Notes: generated by a model from the sequence alone, not told the origin. DNA of 63,740 bases, filler included, from Octopus bimaculoides (GCF_001194135.2; 8 parts of 6 records of this genome joined end to end with filler, not necessarily neighbours in it); one strand, 5' to 3'; positions 41,681 through 54,736 are shown, counted from the whole stretch's first letter. Made by a program: numbers and translations.

Positions 41681-41938
41681 AAGTCGGTGTTGTATTTGTA
41701 TCAAAATACAAGCATAGACACAAGGCTTTCAGTTTTGTGGAGAGGAATCTGTCGATTATATCAAATCCAGAAATTAATAGATATTTTGATTCATTGATTC
41801 GAGATGCATTAAAGGTAAAGTCGACTACGGTGCGATTTGAACTCTGTACGTAGAGATAAATAAAATACCAGCAGATATTTTTGTTTGATGTTCCACTGAC
41901 TAACATTTTAAATATATATCTATTATATAAAATAGATC

Positions 41939-41990
<52 letters not shown>

Positions 41991-42959
41991 NNNNNNNNNN
42001 NNNNNNNNNNNNNNNNNNNNNNNNNNNNNNNNNNNNNNNNNNNNNNNNNNNNNNNNNNNNNNNNNNNNNNNNNNNNNNNNNNNNNNNNNNNNNNNNNNNN
42101 NNNNNNNNNNNNNNNNNNNNNNNNNNNNNNNNNNNNNNNNNNNNNNNNNNNNNNNNNNNNNNNNNNNNNNNNNNNNNNNNNNNNNNNNNNNNNNNNNNNN
42201 NNNNNNNNNNNNNNNNNNNNNNNNNNNNNNNNNNNNNNNNNNNNNNNNNNNNNNNNNNNNNNNNNNNNNNNNNNNNNNNNNNNNNNNNNNNNNNNNNNNN
42301 NNNNNNNNNNNNNNNNNNNNNNNNNNNNNNNNNNNNNNNNNNNNNNNNNNNNNNNNNNNNNNNNNNNNNNNNNNNNNNNNNNNNNNNNNNNNNNNNNNNN
42401 NNNNNNNNNNNNNNNNNNNNNNNNNNNNNNNNNNNNNNNNNNNNNNNNNNNNNNNNNNNNNNNNNNNNNNNNNNNNNNNNNNNNNNNNNNNNNNNNNNNN
42501 NNNNNNNNNNNNNNNNNNNNNNNNNNNNNNNNNNNNNNNNNNNNNNNNNNNNNNNNNNNNNNNNNNNNNNNNNNNNNNNNNNNNNNNNNNNNNNNNNNNN
42601 NNNNNNNNNNNNATTACATTCCTCTTTTTTAAAATCACTGTGGATAAATGCCAGCAATGACCTTCTCAGGCTCTCCAATATTTTAATTTGTAAACAGAAA
42701 CAATCGGGGTCAAAAAAAGTGGGTTGCAGAATAAACCATGATTTTTCACATTTTTTTATATCATATTAATGTATTTATGGCGAGAAAAATATTGAAAAAC
42801 TTCAATACATTCGACAGTCAGAAAGAAATGAGGAGGGTTGTGTTAGGATGTGCTAGAAACAACAGCCAAATCTCTCTGAAATCACTCACTTTTTCCTCTG
42901 AAAATATTAACTATTTTTAAAATATTTTTTTTTTTACCGAAAAGGCTCCTGTCATGGCT

Positions 42960-43572
42960 CTGAAGTGTAAAAGAATTGGCCAAAATTGGTCCAGAGTGGG
43001 ATGGTGAGGGGGCGGGGTTCTACAAATAGGTTGTGGTTAAAAAGAAATTGGAAAACTCCCCGTCAAAACGGAGTGGTTGCAACATATTTGGTCTTCCTGA
43101 TCCGAAACTCCTCTCCCCACCACCTTGAAAAAACTTTTCCCCACAAATAATTTCTTTATAGTCGTAATCTATGACATTTGAGAAGTATTTGTGTAAAATT
43201 TCATTAAAAGCTATCCATTTTCCTGAAAGTTAAGAGGAAAATTGTCGGATCGTGTGAATTTTCCGAAACTCCTCTCCCCACCCCTTCGGAAAAATTCCTT
43301 CCCATAAGTCTCTATATCCTCTGCATCCACAGCATCTAAGTGGTATTTGTTGGAGCTTTCGTTAAAAAGTATACATTTTTCTGGAAGTTATGAGGCAAAA
43401 AATTCGGTGGGGGTACACATTTGTAGTTATGCCACTCTTTCTACCTATCTATATCTACCTATCTATATCTATCTATCTACCTGTCTATCTATCTTGTCAT
43501 CTGTCTACCATCTGTCTATCTGAGTTAAGGCTATGAATTTATAACCTGAGTGAAACCAGGTCCTTCTACTTG
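42960..43572 (+). mobile_element. Possible non-autonomous Helitron/Helentron-like element
   Basis: Internal direct repeat CCGAAACTCCTCTCCCC (about 43102 and 43264), a (TATC)n tract, and a 3' hairpin ACCTG-AGTGAAAC-CAGGT (43544-43561) followed by a CTAC(G)T-like end. Confidence 0.35.
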
Positions 43573-43974
43573 TTTTAAATATTTCATCTTCATCCATCCA
43601 TTGAATTATTCATTTTTTATTTCTTTATAGCCCCTCCGCCACGTCCCTCTGAATATTCTGTCTTAACATGCCGGGTTCAAAAGTTACTCACATATGTTCT
43701 GTTGCATAGCTACCCACCTTTACTACCCGTTATTCTTACAAATATTCCCAAGTACTATCCTTCCCCTACACAACAAATTATGACTTATTGCGTGTGTCAC
43801 GTTTTCTTACCAACTTCACCCACCATCATAGGTCTTTAGCCATCATCTGTCCATTCTTTATTAACCAATCGCTATCATAACTACTACAATCAATTAATAC
43901 GGTTCCTAAAGTTATCTTTCTTCTATTTTTATTATCAATATCTTTTGGTGCTCTACCTATTTTTACTGTTACGC

Positions 43975-44150
43975 CGGGCAATATACTTTAGCGGCATTTC
44001 GTCCGTCTTTGCGCTCTGAGTTCAAATTCCGCTGAGGTCGACTTTGCCTTTCATCCTTTCAGGGTCGATAAAATAAGTACCAGTTGAACACTCGGATCGA
44101 TGTAATTGACTTACCCCTACCCCGAAAATGCTGGCCTTGTGTCAAAATTT
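43975..44150 (+). mobile_element. SINE family A copy (further parts at 23430-23720, 41290-41420, 58670-59020)
   Basis: GAGTTCAAATTCCGCTGAGGTCGACTTTGCCTTTCATCCTTTCAGGGTCGATAAAATAAGTACCAG. Confidence 0.85.
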
Positions 44151-46041
44151 GCATTGCACTTCCCCAATCTCTTTTTCGAGATTCGTTTTTCTTTATCGTC
44201 ATTTTTCTTTTTTCAGTCTTCTTCACTTCATTTTGCTGCCGGCTTTTTGTGGTTTTGTTTAGTCAACCACACCCTTTATACTTTCTTCTTCTTTCTCTTC
44301 TTATTCTTATTCTTTTTCTTTTCCTTCTTCTTCTAATCTTACCTATATCTTAATATCTAGTAATTTCCCCATTTCTATTCGTATTTTCTACGTATTGTTT
44401 CCTTCCGATATTAGCAACATACATCGCTTAACAGACGCACAATGTAAGAGCGCACCTTTTCAAGTGAATCTGATAAATTGCCACTCTAATGTATAAAAAC
44501 TGCATATATTAAGTAAATTCACTTGGAACTTTTACATGCTATGGCGTTAAAATCAGTGGTACCGAAACAATTACCTCTGGTCATTAATGATATGCTAAAC
44601 TCTTTTTTTTTTTTTCTTATTTGCCTTATATTCTACTCTTCGCTAGACCAGCACGTTGGATTTACCGGTGTGATACCTGGATTTTCTCCACCAGCAAGAT
44701 TTCGATTTTCTTTGAAACTCCAACAGAAGTGTGTAGATTGACTCGAGCTCGGCTCGAATGCTGTATGCATTGCATGTCCGTTGATATAAGCATCAATTTA
44801 AGAACGTAATGTATTTATAACTACATTGAAAAGTTATCCAAATCATTGGAAGCTGAGCTAAAATTGTTACTTCGTTTCAAAGAAAACCCGTCCAGATTGA
44901 TACNNNNNNNNNNNNNNNNNNNNNNNNNNNNNNNNNNNNNNNNNNNNNNNNNNNNNNNNNNNNNNNNNNNNNNNNNNNNNNNNNNNNNNNNNNNNNNNNN
45001 NNNNNNNNNNNNNNNNNNNNNNNNNNNNNNNNNNNNNNNNNNNNNNNNNNNNNNNNNNNNNNNNNNNNNNNNNNNNNNNNNNNNNNNNNNNNNNNNNNNN
45101 NNNNNNNNNNNNNNNNNNNNNNNNNNNNNNNNNNNNNNNNNNNNNNNNNNNNNNNNNNNNNNNNNNNNNNNNNNNNNNNNNNNNNNNNNNNNNNNNNNNN
45201 NNNNNNNNNNNNNNNNNNNNNNNNNNNNNNNNNNNNNNNNNNNNNNNNNNNNNNNNNNNNNNNNNNNNNNNNNNNNNNNNNNNNNNNNNNNNNNNNNNNN
45301 NNNNNNNNNNNNNNNNNNNNNNNNNNNNNNNNNNNNNNNNNNNNNNNNNNNNNNNNNNNNNNNNNNNNNNNNNNNNNNNNNNNNNNNNNNNNNNNNNNNN
45401 NNNNNNNNNNNNNNNNNNNNNNNNNNNNNNNNNNNNNNNNNNNNNNNNNNNNNNNNNNNNNNNNNNNNNNNNNNNNNNNNNNNNNNNNNNNNNNNNNNNN
45501 NNNNNNNNNNNNNNNNNNNNNNNNNNNNNNNNNNNNNNNNNNNNNNNNNNNNNNNNNNNNNNNNNNNNNNNNNNNNNNNNNNNNNNNNNNNNNNNNNNNN
45601 NNNNNNNNNNNNNNNNNNNNNNNNNNNNNNNNNNNNNNNNNNNNNNNNNNNNNNNNNNNNNNNNNNNNNNNNNNNNNNNNNNNNNNNNNNNNNNNNNNNN
45701 NNNNNNNNNNNNNNNNNNNNNNNNNNNNNNNNNNNNNNNNNNNNNNNNNNNNNNNNNNNNNNNNNNNNNNNNNTCAGAATCACAATCTCATTTTTCTACA
45801 TATTTCTCAAAAAAAAAAGAAAAGAAAATTCTGAAAAAAGTGAATAACGAAGAAATGAAGGTGGAATTGAAATTTTGAAGTTGCGATTTTCGTCATTGTT
45901 TTTTCAGAATTGGAATCTCCATGGCCGAAAACATGAGTTTCAGTAAAAGTATTTTTTAAGGTTGCGAGGGGTTGGGTTAGGTCTCCGCTATGTGAGCCAA
46001 GTATCTATTACATGACCAACTTCAGAAATCACCGCACGCCA

Positions 46042-46075
<34 letters not shown>

Positions 46076-46627
46076 ATTTAATGTACACATACATTTGATT
46101 TAATGTACGCTGTACTAAAATAAGAGATACTAATAGTTTCTTGCCATTAAGAGATGTGCTTAGGCAGGATTTTATGACGTGCCTTCTGTCTCTAAGCAAT
46201 CTTTAGTCTCTTAGCACATGACTTGCTCAAAGATAAATGATATTTATCTCTCACTGGATGAACTACTTTTTGGCTGATTTTACCTTAATGGAACAGTAAA
46301 CTAGAAACACAAACACACACACAAATGCATATAAGTTATTAAGGTGTCTTATTCGAAATTTACAAGCCAAACTCACAGGTGAGTGCGTGTGAGTGAGTGT
46401 GTATGTCTTTCTTACTGCTTTTGTCCCCAGCACAGCTAGTGTGTTTACGTCCACGTAACTTAGCGGTTCAGCAAAAAATACTGATAAAATAAATACCAGG
46501 CTTAAAAAGAAAATAAGTCCTGGCGTCGGTTCATTCGACTAAAATTTCTTAAGGTAGTGCCCCAGCATGACCATAGTCCAATGACTGAAACAAGTAAAAA
46601 AAGAAAAAAGAAAAAAGGAAAAGATGA

Positions 46628-46995
46628 TGTCCAGCATGTTCGGGAACAGGGAGGGAACTGAGACTGATAAGCGGTGGCGGACCATCAGTGCCCGGAGAAT
46701 CAGTGTTGTATGATTGTATAAGAGACAACGCCCCAAATGTTGTGGGAGGGATCAGTCGATTAGATGACTCTCTGACAGAAATCAATAAACGATTTGATTC
46801 ATTGATCCCCGACGCATTACGAGTAAAATCAATGACGGTGCGATCCGAACTCTAAACGTAAAGATAAATACCGCAATTAGATACCGGCAGGTACTTTTGT
46901 CTGATGCTCCACCGATTGCGCCAATCCATCACCCACGTCTTTGTCTAGATAACATAAGTGATATCATGAGATATTGATTTGGTTCAGGAAGCGTG
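46628..46995 (+). mobile_element. Probable CRE-clade retrotransposon pre-RT relic
   Basis: Two overlapping frames: ..GGISRLDDSLTEINKRF and ..RITSKINDGAIRT..LLSDAPPIAP..HP..IMRY*FGSGS. They resemble the CRE pattern SxKLEEGDVxGA..SDDxxAP..KHP..SFPxGS. Confidence 0.45.
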
Positions 46996-47224
46996 AAGAA
47001 AACCAATTTACTGGAACGATATCAAAATATATTGATGAAAGACAATTTTATTTATTTTATTTTATTTTATTTATCTACATTTTTGAAAAAGTTGATTTAA
47101 AATCTTTTTTTTAATTCAAATACCTGACGGAGGTTATTAACAAAAAAATTTGTATTGAACTACGAATTCCGCACTCGAACACATACTACACACATATACT
47201 CGTATGTTCATACACATACGTATA

Positions 47225-47665
47225 CTCACTCACATACACATACACTCCCGAGGATAAATAAGAACCTATAATATGATAGAAACCACATAATTAAAAAGGA
47301 ATACTGGTGGAATGTACCAGTGAAAACCTCAGTAAAATGTAAGCACAACAGACCTGATATAATGATTTGGGACAGAGAAGAGAAACTGTGCACAGTTGGG
47401 GAAATTAGCTGCCCAGTGCATGTTAACATAAAGCTGAAGATCAGTGAAAAAGAGGACACCTATGCTGAACTGTTGAGAAATCTACAATTACTCTACCCAG
47501 GTTACAAGTTCAGGTTTATACCTTCCTAAATACCGATCTTGAGAAATTAGGCTTCTCAAAATCAGAAAGGAGAGAGGTAATTCGAAGACTACAGATTCAG
47601 GCCATCACTGGAACTGTAAACGTCTGTAAAGCTTTCCAGAAGTTTATCAATTAAATATATATGAG
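47225..47665 (+). mobile_element. R4-like RLE 3' fragment
   Basis: VKCKHNRPDIMIWDREEKLCTVGEISCPVHVNI..YAELLRNLQLLYPGYKFRFIP. Confidence 0.85.
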
Positions 47666-47953
47666 CATGTCTAGATATGTAACTCTATACCTAAGAATAC
47701 ATACATAAAACAAGACATACAAACCTACATATACACTGATTCAAAATAATACAGACATACATGCAAACATACCCTGATGATATTGTAGAAATTCCAATGA
47801 AAGAGCTTCAGATCTAGGTTAGAAACCAGCTCTTTCTCTATTGGCATGAATTCTTGAAGTAAAACTGAATAATGACATACATACATACATACATAGAATT
47901 CTTTTTTTTTATTGTTAGATAAAATTTCATATATTTCTCTGTCTTTTGTGACC

Positions 47954-47989
<36 letters not shown>

Positions 47990-48220
47990 TCCTTTACTTT
48001 TTACTCTTTTACTTGTTTCAGTTTTTTACTGCGACCATGCTGGAGCACCGCCTTTAGTCGAGCAAATCGAACCCAGGACTCATTCTTTGTAAGCCTAGTA
48101 CTTATTCTATCGGACGCTTGTGCCCAACCGCTAAGTTACGGGGACGTAAACACACCAGAATCGGTTGTCAAGCGATGATGGGGGACGCACACACACAAAC
48201 ATATACACACACATACATGC

Positions 48221-48254
<34 letters not shown>

Positions 48255-49522
48255 GTATATACGACGGGCTTCTTTCAGTTTCCGTCTACCAAATCCACTN
48301 NNNNNNNNNNNNNNNNNNNNNNNNNNNNNNNNNNNNNNNNNNNNNNNNNNNNNNNNNNNNNNNNNNNNNNNNNNNNNNNNNNNNNNNNNNNNNNNNNNNN
48401 NNNNNNNNNNNNNNNNNNNNNNNNNNNNNNNNNNNNNNNNNNNNNNNNNNNNNNNNNNNNNNNNNNNNNNNNNNNNNNNNNNNNNNNNNNNNNNNNNNNN
48501 NNNNNNNNNNNNNNNNNNNNNNNNNNNNNNNNNNNNNNNNNNNNNNNNNNNNNNNNNNNNNNNNNNNNNNNNNNNNNNNNNNNNNNNNNNNNNNNNNNNN
48601 NNNNNNNNNNNNNNNNNNNNNNNNNNNNNNNNNNNNNNNNNNNNNNNNNNNNNNNNNNNNNNNNNNNNNNNNNNNNNNNNNNNNNNNNNNNNNNNNNNNN
48701 NNNNNNNNNNNNNNNNNNNNNNNNNNNNNNATATATATATATATATATATATATACGAGTGCCTGTGTTTACGTTTGTATCTACGTATCTTCTTAAATGT
48801 GTATGGTGTGTTCATGTGTGTGCCTGCTTCGCTATCTTAATTAAACGTGAAGCGTTGGTGGGACTCCTTCCCTGTTTAGTTCTTTAACATCCTCATGAGT
48901 ATCATCATCATCTTCATCATCATCGTTGTTGTTGTTGTTGTTGTTTTTAATTATCTATTTTAACCGAATATTCAGCGAAGTGGAAATGTTTGCGTGTGAC
49001 GTCATTGGTGACGTCACATATTTGATCCTTCCTCTGAACGAAAGAATGTGTTCTGAGACTTGTAATTAATTTATTTTCGTTATTTGCTTTTTTTATTTTT
49101 TTGGTCTCTTACATTGCTAAAAGGAATTAATTCTATGTAGAGAAACACTGTAACAGCGATGGTGGAACCTGTTCTGCTATAATTCCATTCACGTCTCGGA
49201 TCCATTATAAGAAGATTTTATGTTTTATCTTTTACTTGTTTCAGTCATTGTGCGGTGGCCAGGCTGGGGCACCACCTTGAAGGTTTTTAGTCAAACAATT
49301 CGACCTCAGCACTTGTGCCTTTTTTTTTTTTTTTTTTTTCTGTGTGGCACTTATTCTATTGATCTGTTTTGCTGAACCGCTAAGTAAAGGGAGCGTAAAC
49401 TCATCAACACCTAGTTATTATTTTAAACCTGTATGCAATCTATCATTTTTATGTCTATAATTTTTGTGTATGGGTGTGTGTATCTATATATGTGAATATA
49501 AATATATGTGTGTGTGCGTGTG

Positions 49523-49615
<93 letters not shown>

Positions 49616-49914
49616 CTTTTTTAGAAAAAACATAAGTCCGGAGAAGAAGCACACTCTAAGAGGTAGAGATGTCTATATTTATTACTGGTGGTGGCCGGTC
49701 TATAAGACCTGTTGGCCTATGACCTCTTTAAAATATGGAGGGGGAAACGATACAGATATGAACAATATGGATTATCTCCCTTTGCTGCTGGTCATCGGCT
49801 TCCGGCTATGTCGTCCTCCTTCAGCTACGCCACTTATCGGCTATGAGGTTAAAAGTTAGGGAGGAGGGGGTTATCTCCCACTGTCATCAGCAATCAATTT
49901 CCAGCTGTGATGTA

Positions 49915-51290
49915 ATTGACCACAAACCAACTTTGCCTCTAACCCTATGTGATCAACCCGGCCAAATCCGAGATTGGTCTGGTGAGGAAACATTTTGCGA
50001 GATATCAATAATACCATAAGAAGGGTCACTAACCTCTCTCTCCTTGTGGCGCAATACCAGCGAAGTGACCGCATGGTTTAACGTCAACAAAGGTAGAGGC
50101 AGGGGAAGGTTCATCCAGTTTGATATTGTCGATTTTTACCCGTTTATATCGAAAGAGTTACTGACCAAAGCACTTTCTTTCGAAAGGGGCCTCACTGCCG
50201 TTAGCGACAGGGATATAGAAATCATTATGCATGCGAGGAGGAGAGTACTTTTTAACAAAGGTTCGGCGTGGGTCAAACAATCCGACCCCCCGGGCTCGTT
50301 TGACGTAGTGATGGGAGCCTACGACAGTGCTGACGTGTGCGACCTTATTGGATTGTATAACCTGGATACCCTTAGGAAAAAAATTCCCTTTGTCTTCTTT
50401 GACCTCTACAGAGATGAGTCCCTGGCTATCTCTAGAAGAGCAAGTGGCCACAAGCATTTCATTTCTTCAGTGGTAACACTGACCGGTGAACTATTTATCT
50501 GTGCATTGCAGATATACCCACTCTGCTCAAATTTGTCACGTATTCTGTAAACTGTTGATCTTGACGGAACTGGACTTTGGAATTTTCAGTCCATTCCTGT
50601 CTAACCATTTCTGCTGTACTGCTTGATGATTCACTTTCCGTCATCGTTGATCAAATTTTCAGCCATATAATAAATATCTGAAATTAGGAATAATTATTTT
50701 ATCATAGAAAGAATTAAATATAAAAAACATAGAATCATAGAATTCCACACCATATACGATAAAGTGAAAGATAGTTGAAAAATCCACACGCATATGTCGA
50801 TGGATCAAAAAAATGTAAGCTATGCGTAGCTGAAAGAACACAGATCCTTTTCAGATCTAAGAACTCTACCACACTGCTGAATTCCAAATTTGAAATTTTC
50901 AGCGGTTGTAAACATATGGATAAGTTCCTGTTGGCGAATTGGAAAGTACCACCCTCTCTGGATTAAGCAGCTGTACTGATGTCTCTAGGCCACTATCCTT
51001 TCAGCCTTATAAATTTATGGTCAAATTCTCCTCCATTTGCTTCTTACTGTTTTCTTTTTCGTTTTCCGGTTTTTTAACCTTCCACCTTTTATATCTACTT
51101 CTTTCTCTCCTTTTGTAATTTTCTTTCTCATCATATCGTCTTGTTTTTAGTTTATCATACCATGAAGGCACGGCCTGAGAATTGCGCTAAAGCACCAGAC
51201 GTGTTAAAAATGCTGTCTGGACTGCTTCTATCGCATGAAACTGATAGTAGCTTATAAAAACATATACTGTGTTTATTAAATAATGTTTAT
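49915..51290 (+). mobile_element. Penelope-like (Naiad-type) element fragment: RT core, C-terminus and 3' UTR
   Basis: DHKP..INPAKSEIG, WRNTSEV..FIQFDIVDFYPFIS, FDVVMGAYDSADVCDLIGLY, LYRDE. C-terminus KKCKLCVAERTQI..LLNSKFEIFSGCKH..* at 50966. Confidence 0.85.
50455..50666 (-). mobile_element. Tc1/mariner-superfamily transposase N-terminal HTH relic nested in the Penelope-like element
   Basis: MAENL..IIKQY..MVRQEWTEN/FQSPVPSRSTVYRIRDKFEQSGYICNAQINSSPVSVTTEE. Confidence 0.7.
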
Positions 51291-52269
51291 CTCACCAGAT
51301 GAAGTATTTTTTTCCTTAATCTTACCATCTCAGAACAGTACACTATGTGTGGGGGGGGAGTATGTGGGTGTGGGGGCGTGTGTGTGTGTGTGAAAATGAA
51401 ACGAATAAAATGAACATTTGTAAAGCAGACCTTCAATAAATTTTTGTGTCGAAAACAAAAGCAATAGGATGACGACCTGATAAGGCTAGAAGGCTCCACC
51501 ATACATCAGGATAACCGTGAAAGGATTACACAGCTGGCTAGACTTCCAACACAAAGGGGATGAAGACATAATGTTGCCGAACTAACGCTAATGAAGTATT
51601 GAAACGGAATCAAACGACTTTTGCCCAATGGCAACAAAACACAAAGAAGAGAGGAATTAGTTTCTTTCCCCACGCAGGACTGCCAGATAAGAACAACAAC
51701 AACAGAAATAACTCGATGTTAAATATATAGAGGCATGAAACCCTGGGAAGCAATTAGATTACAGTTCAAGAATTAATATACATCTTTCTGTTAATTACGG
51801 TATACAGCAATTTCTGTATGCGCGTGTGTACTATACTAATAAATATTTCTATACATATATGTATATATGATAGTAGATTCTTATTAAAGTGAGTGAATAT
51901 ATGTTTTTAGGTGAGTGTCGACGCATGTATGTGAGTATATATATTTTTGGTATGGCTGCTATTGTATAAGCGGAATAGTTTCATAAGACATCTATTTGAT
52001 TTATACATATACATATATATATATACATATATATACATATATACATATATATATATANNNNNNNNNNNNNNNNNNNNNNNNNNNNNNNNNNNNNNNNNNN
52101 NTTAATTAATTAANNNNNNNNNNNNNNNNNNNNNNNNNNNNNNNNNNNNNNNNNNNNCATCAGATTCGCGTTTGGCCGTACGGCTTTTTTATGTTGTTTT
52201 CACTGTCCAATTTTTCCTGTCTTGGTTTACGTTTGCCACCTTGGAATCCTTTGTTTAGTGGGTTGATCC

Positions 52270-52327
52270 ACTACTCAGGAAGAGACTATTCTAGGGTACG
52301 TTCTGCCTTATCTTCGAAACGTCTAGT
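52270..52327 (+). ncRNA. Degenerate minimal hammerhead ribozyme in a repeat spanning about 52150-52460
   Basis: ACTA-CTCAGGA-A-GAG..TTC-GAAAC-GTC-TAGT: stem I ACTA/TAGT, GUC triplet, core G5 to C, weak stem II. Confidence 0.5.
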
Positions 52328-53543
52328 TAGAATAGAGGCAGCTGATGAATAATTCCAATTGGCTTTCTGTTTTCCTATGTGTTCGTTCCGTTGTCTGTAG
52401 TTCATTGTTCTAACGTCCTGTACCCTGATATGCATCTATATACACATGTAGATGTAAGTATATACATATATGTGTGTACACATGGATATATATTCTTTGT
52501 ATATATATTATATAATTAAGGTTATATACTGAACATAGACTTTTAAAGTGGCAGGGCATTTTAGCATCTATTTTCAGCATATAGGCTAGAATTTTTCTAT
52601 GCCCTTAATTATAATCATATATGTGATTTCACCTTAATAGGTCTATTTTTATATGCTGGCCACTGGTAAAAANNNNNNNNNNNNNNNNNNNNNNNNNNNN
52701 NNNNNNNNNNNNNNNNNNNNNNNNNNNNNNNNNNNNNNNNNNNNNNNNNNNNNNNNNNNNNNNNNNNNNNNNNNNNNNNNNNNNNNNNNNNNNNNNNNNN
52801 NNNNNNNNNNNNNNNNNNNNNNNNNNNNNNNNNNNNNNNNNNNNNNNNNNNNNNNNNNNNNNNNNNNNNNNNNNNNNNNNNNNNNNNNNNNNNNNNNNNN
52901 NNNNNNNNNNNNNNNNNNNNNNNNNNNNNNNNNNNNNNNNNNNNNNNNNNNNNNNNNNNNNNNNNNNNNNNNNNNNNNNNNNNNNNNNNNNNNNNNNNNN
53001 NNNNNNNNNNNNNNNNNNNNNNNNNNNNNNNNNNNNNNNNNNNNNNNNNNNNNNNNNNNNNNNNNNNNNNNNNNNNNNNNNNNNNNNNNNNNNNNNNNNN
53101 NNNNNNNNNNNNNNNNNNNNNNNNNNNNNNNNNNNNNNNNNNNNNNNNNNNNNNNNNNNNNNNNNNNNNNNNNNNNNNNNNNNNNNNNNNNNNNNNNNNN
53201 NNNNNNNNNNNNNNNNNNNNNNNNNNNNNNNNNNNNNNNNNNNNNNNNNNNNNNNNNNNNNNNNNNNNNNNNNNNNNNNNNNNNNNNNNNNNNNNNNNNN
53301 NNNNNNNNNNNNNNNNNNNNNNNNNNNNNNNNNNNNNNNNNNNNNNNNNNNNNNNNNNNNNNNNNNNNNNNNNNNNNNNNNNNNNNNNNNNNNNNNNNNN
53401 NNNNNNNNNNNNNNNNNNNNNNNNNNNNNNNNNNNNNNNNNNNNNNNNNNNNNNNNNNNNNNNNNNNNNNNNNNNNNNNNNNNNNNNNNNNNNNNNNNNN
53501 NNNNNNNNNNNNNNNNNNNNNNNNACCCTGTATTATAATTTTA

Positions 53544-53580
<37 letters not shown>

Positions 53581-53679
53581 GCTGGAGGATTTACGTCGCG
53601 TAAGTCCAGTGACTGGTTTTCAGAAAAATCACCAGAAATTCGTGATCTGCTTTTAGAAAAACAAAATCTGTGCCACACA

Positions 53680-54140
53680 CCTCTTTCTCAGTCCTTAAAC
53701 CCCAACTCAAACGATGCTCTCAGAAAGCTGAAAAGGAAAGTGCAAACTGCTCTAAGGAAAATTAAAGAGGAATGGTGGGATGACAGGGCAAAGGGGCGCA
53801 AGAAGCAGCTGATGGAAACGATGCCAAGGATCTGTACACTTATGTTAAGGAGGTCTATGGTCCAAAATCTGTTTCAATAGCTTCAGTGAGAACAGCAAAT
53901 GGACATTTGCCTTTAACTGACACTGGCTCTATTCATAAACGTTAGGTAGGACATTTTTCTGCACTTTTGAATAGACCATCATCCGATGACATGAGGATAA
54001 TAGAAAAAAATCGAACACCTTCCAGTTAAAGATAAGATGGCATTTGAACCAACTCTAAATTACATTTATTTAGCTGTGAATAAGCTGAAGAGCAATAAAT
54101 CACCAGAGTCTGATGGAATCTTACACAGAATATAAATATC
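53680..54140 (+). mobile_element. RTE LINE fragment homologous to 19560-20060
   Basis: KLKRKVQTAL..EAADGNDAKDLYTYVKEVYG..HFSALLNRPSS..KSPESDG. Confidence 0.85.
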
Positions 54141-54604
54141 AGCTGTTGGACTCGTAGAAAAATCAACCCATTTAACTTCTGCTATCATTTATACTCTGTG
54201 TAAGTCGGACTATTTTATATCCATACACATGTACATTTTGGATTTTAAATGTATTCTTTGTGTATTAAATATTCTGTGTAAATCGACTTGCCTAACTTAC
54301 TTGCCGTTACATTTACTCCTCTATCTGCTCAAGTTCAAATCTCTTGAGCACTTCGAAGTGCATTTTATATAGAGAACACTTGTCTCTAACCTATATATAT
54401 ATATATATGTATATAGGAATAAAAATCTTTTACAAGAATTTTATCAAGAAGCCAGTGTGTAAAAAAATTCATAAGGGAAATTTCTATTCCCAAGAATATA
54501 ATTATTCGTTTATATTTATATAAGGGGCATTACTACAGAATAATGCCACACACTGGACTTCCCAAAATAAACACATTTAGTACCGAATGCGAGGAAAAAC
54601 AACC

Positions 54605-54736
54605 AACAGAAGAAGACCAACTTTCTTTTAAATAACTCAACTATGTATCGACCGATTTCGCGATTACTAGAATGAATCTAGACTCCGCTCATCAGCATAG
54701 TTGAGTTATTTAAAAGAAAGTTGGTCTTCTTCTGTT
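54605..54736 (-). ncRNA. Intact type I hammerhead ribozyme with a perfect 41-bp stem I
   Basis: Minus strand: arm-CTGATGA-GCG(GAGT CTAGA TTCAT TCTAG TAAT)CGC-GAAA-TCG(GT)CGA-TA-arm'. Arms 54605-54645 and 54696-54736 are exact reverse complements. Confidence 0.85.

Noticed and set aside
41881-45847. Long ORFs in the supplied track (also 20618-21473 in part, 48165-48887, 52653-53579, 61897-62600)
   Set aside because: They are open only because they run through N gaps or dinucleotide repeats.
51155-51250. Hairpin-rich PLE 3' UTR as SECIS or hammerhead
   Set aside because: A CCAGAC/GTCTGG hairpin exists, but the AUGA..UGA spacing is too long for a SECIS and the hammerhead core needs several edits.
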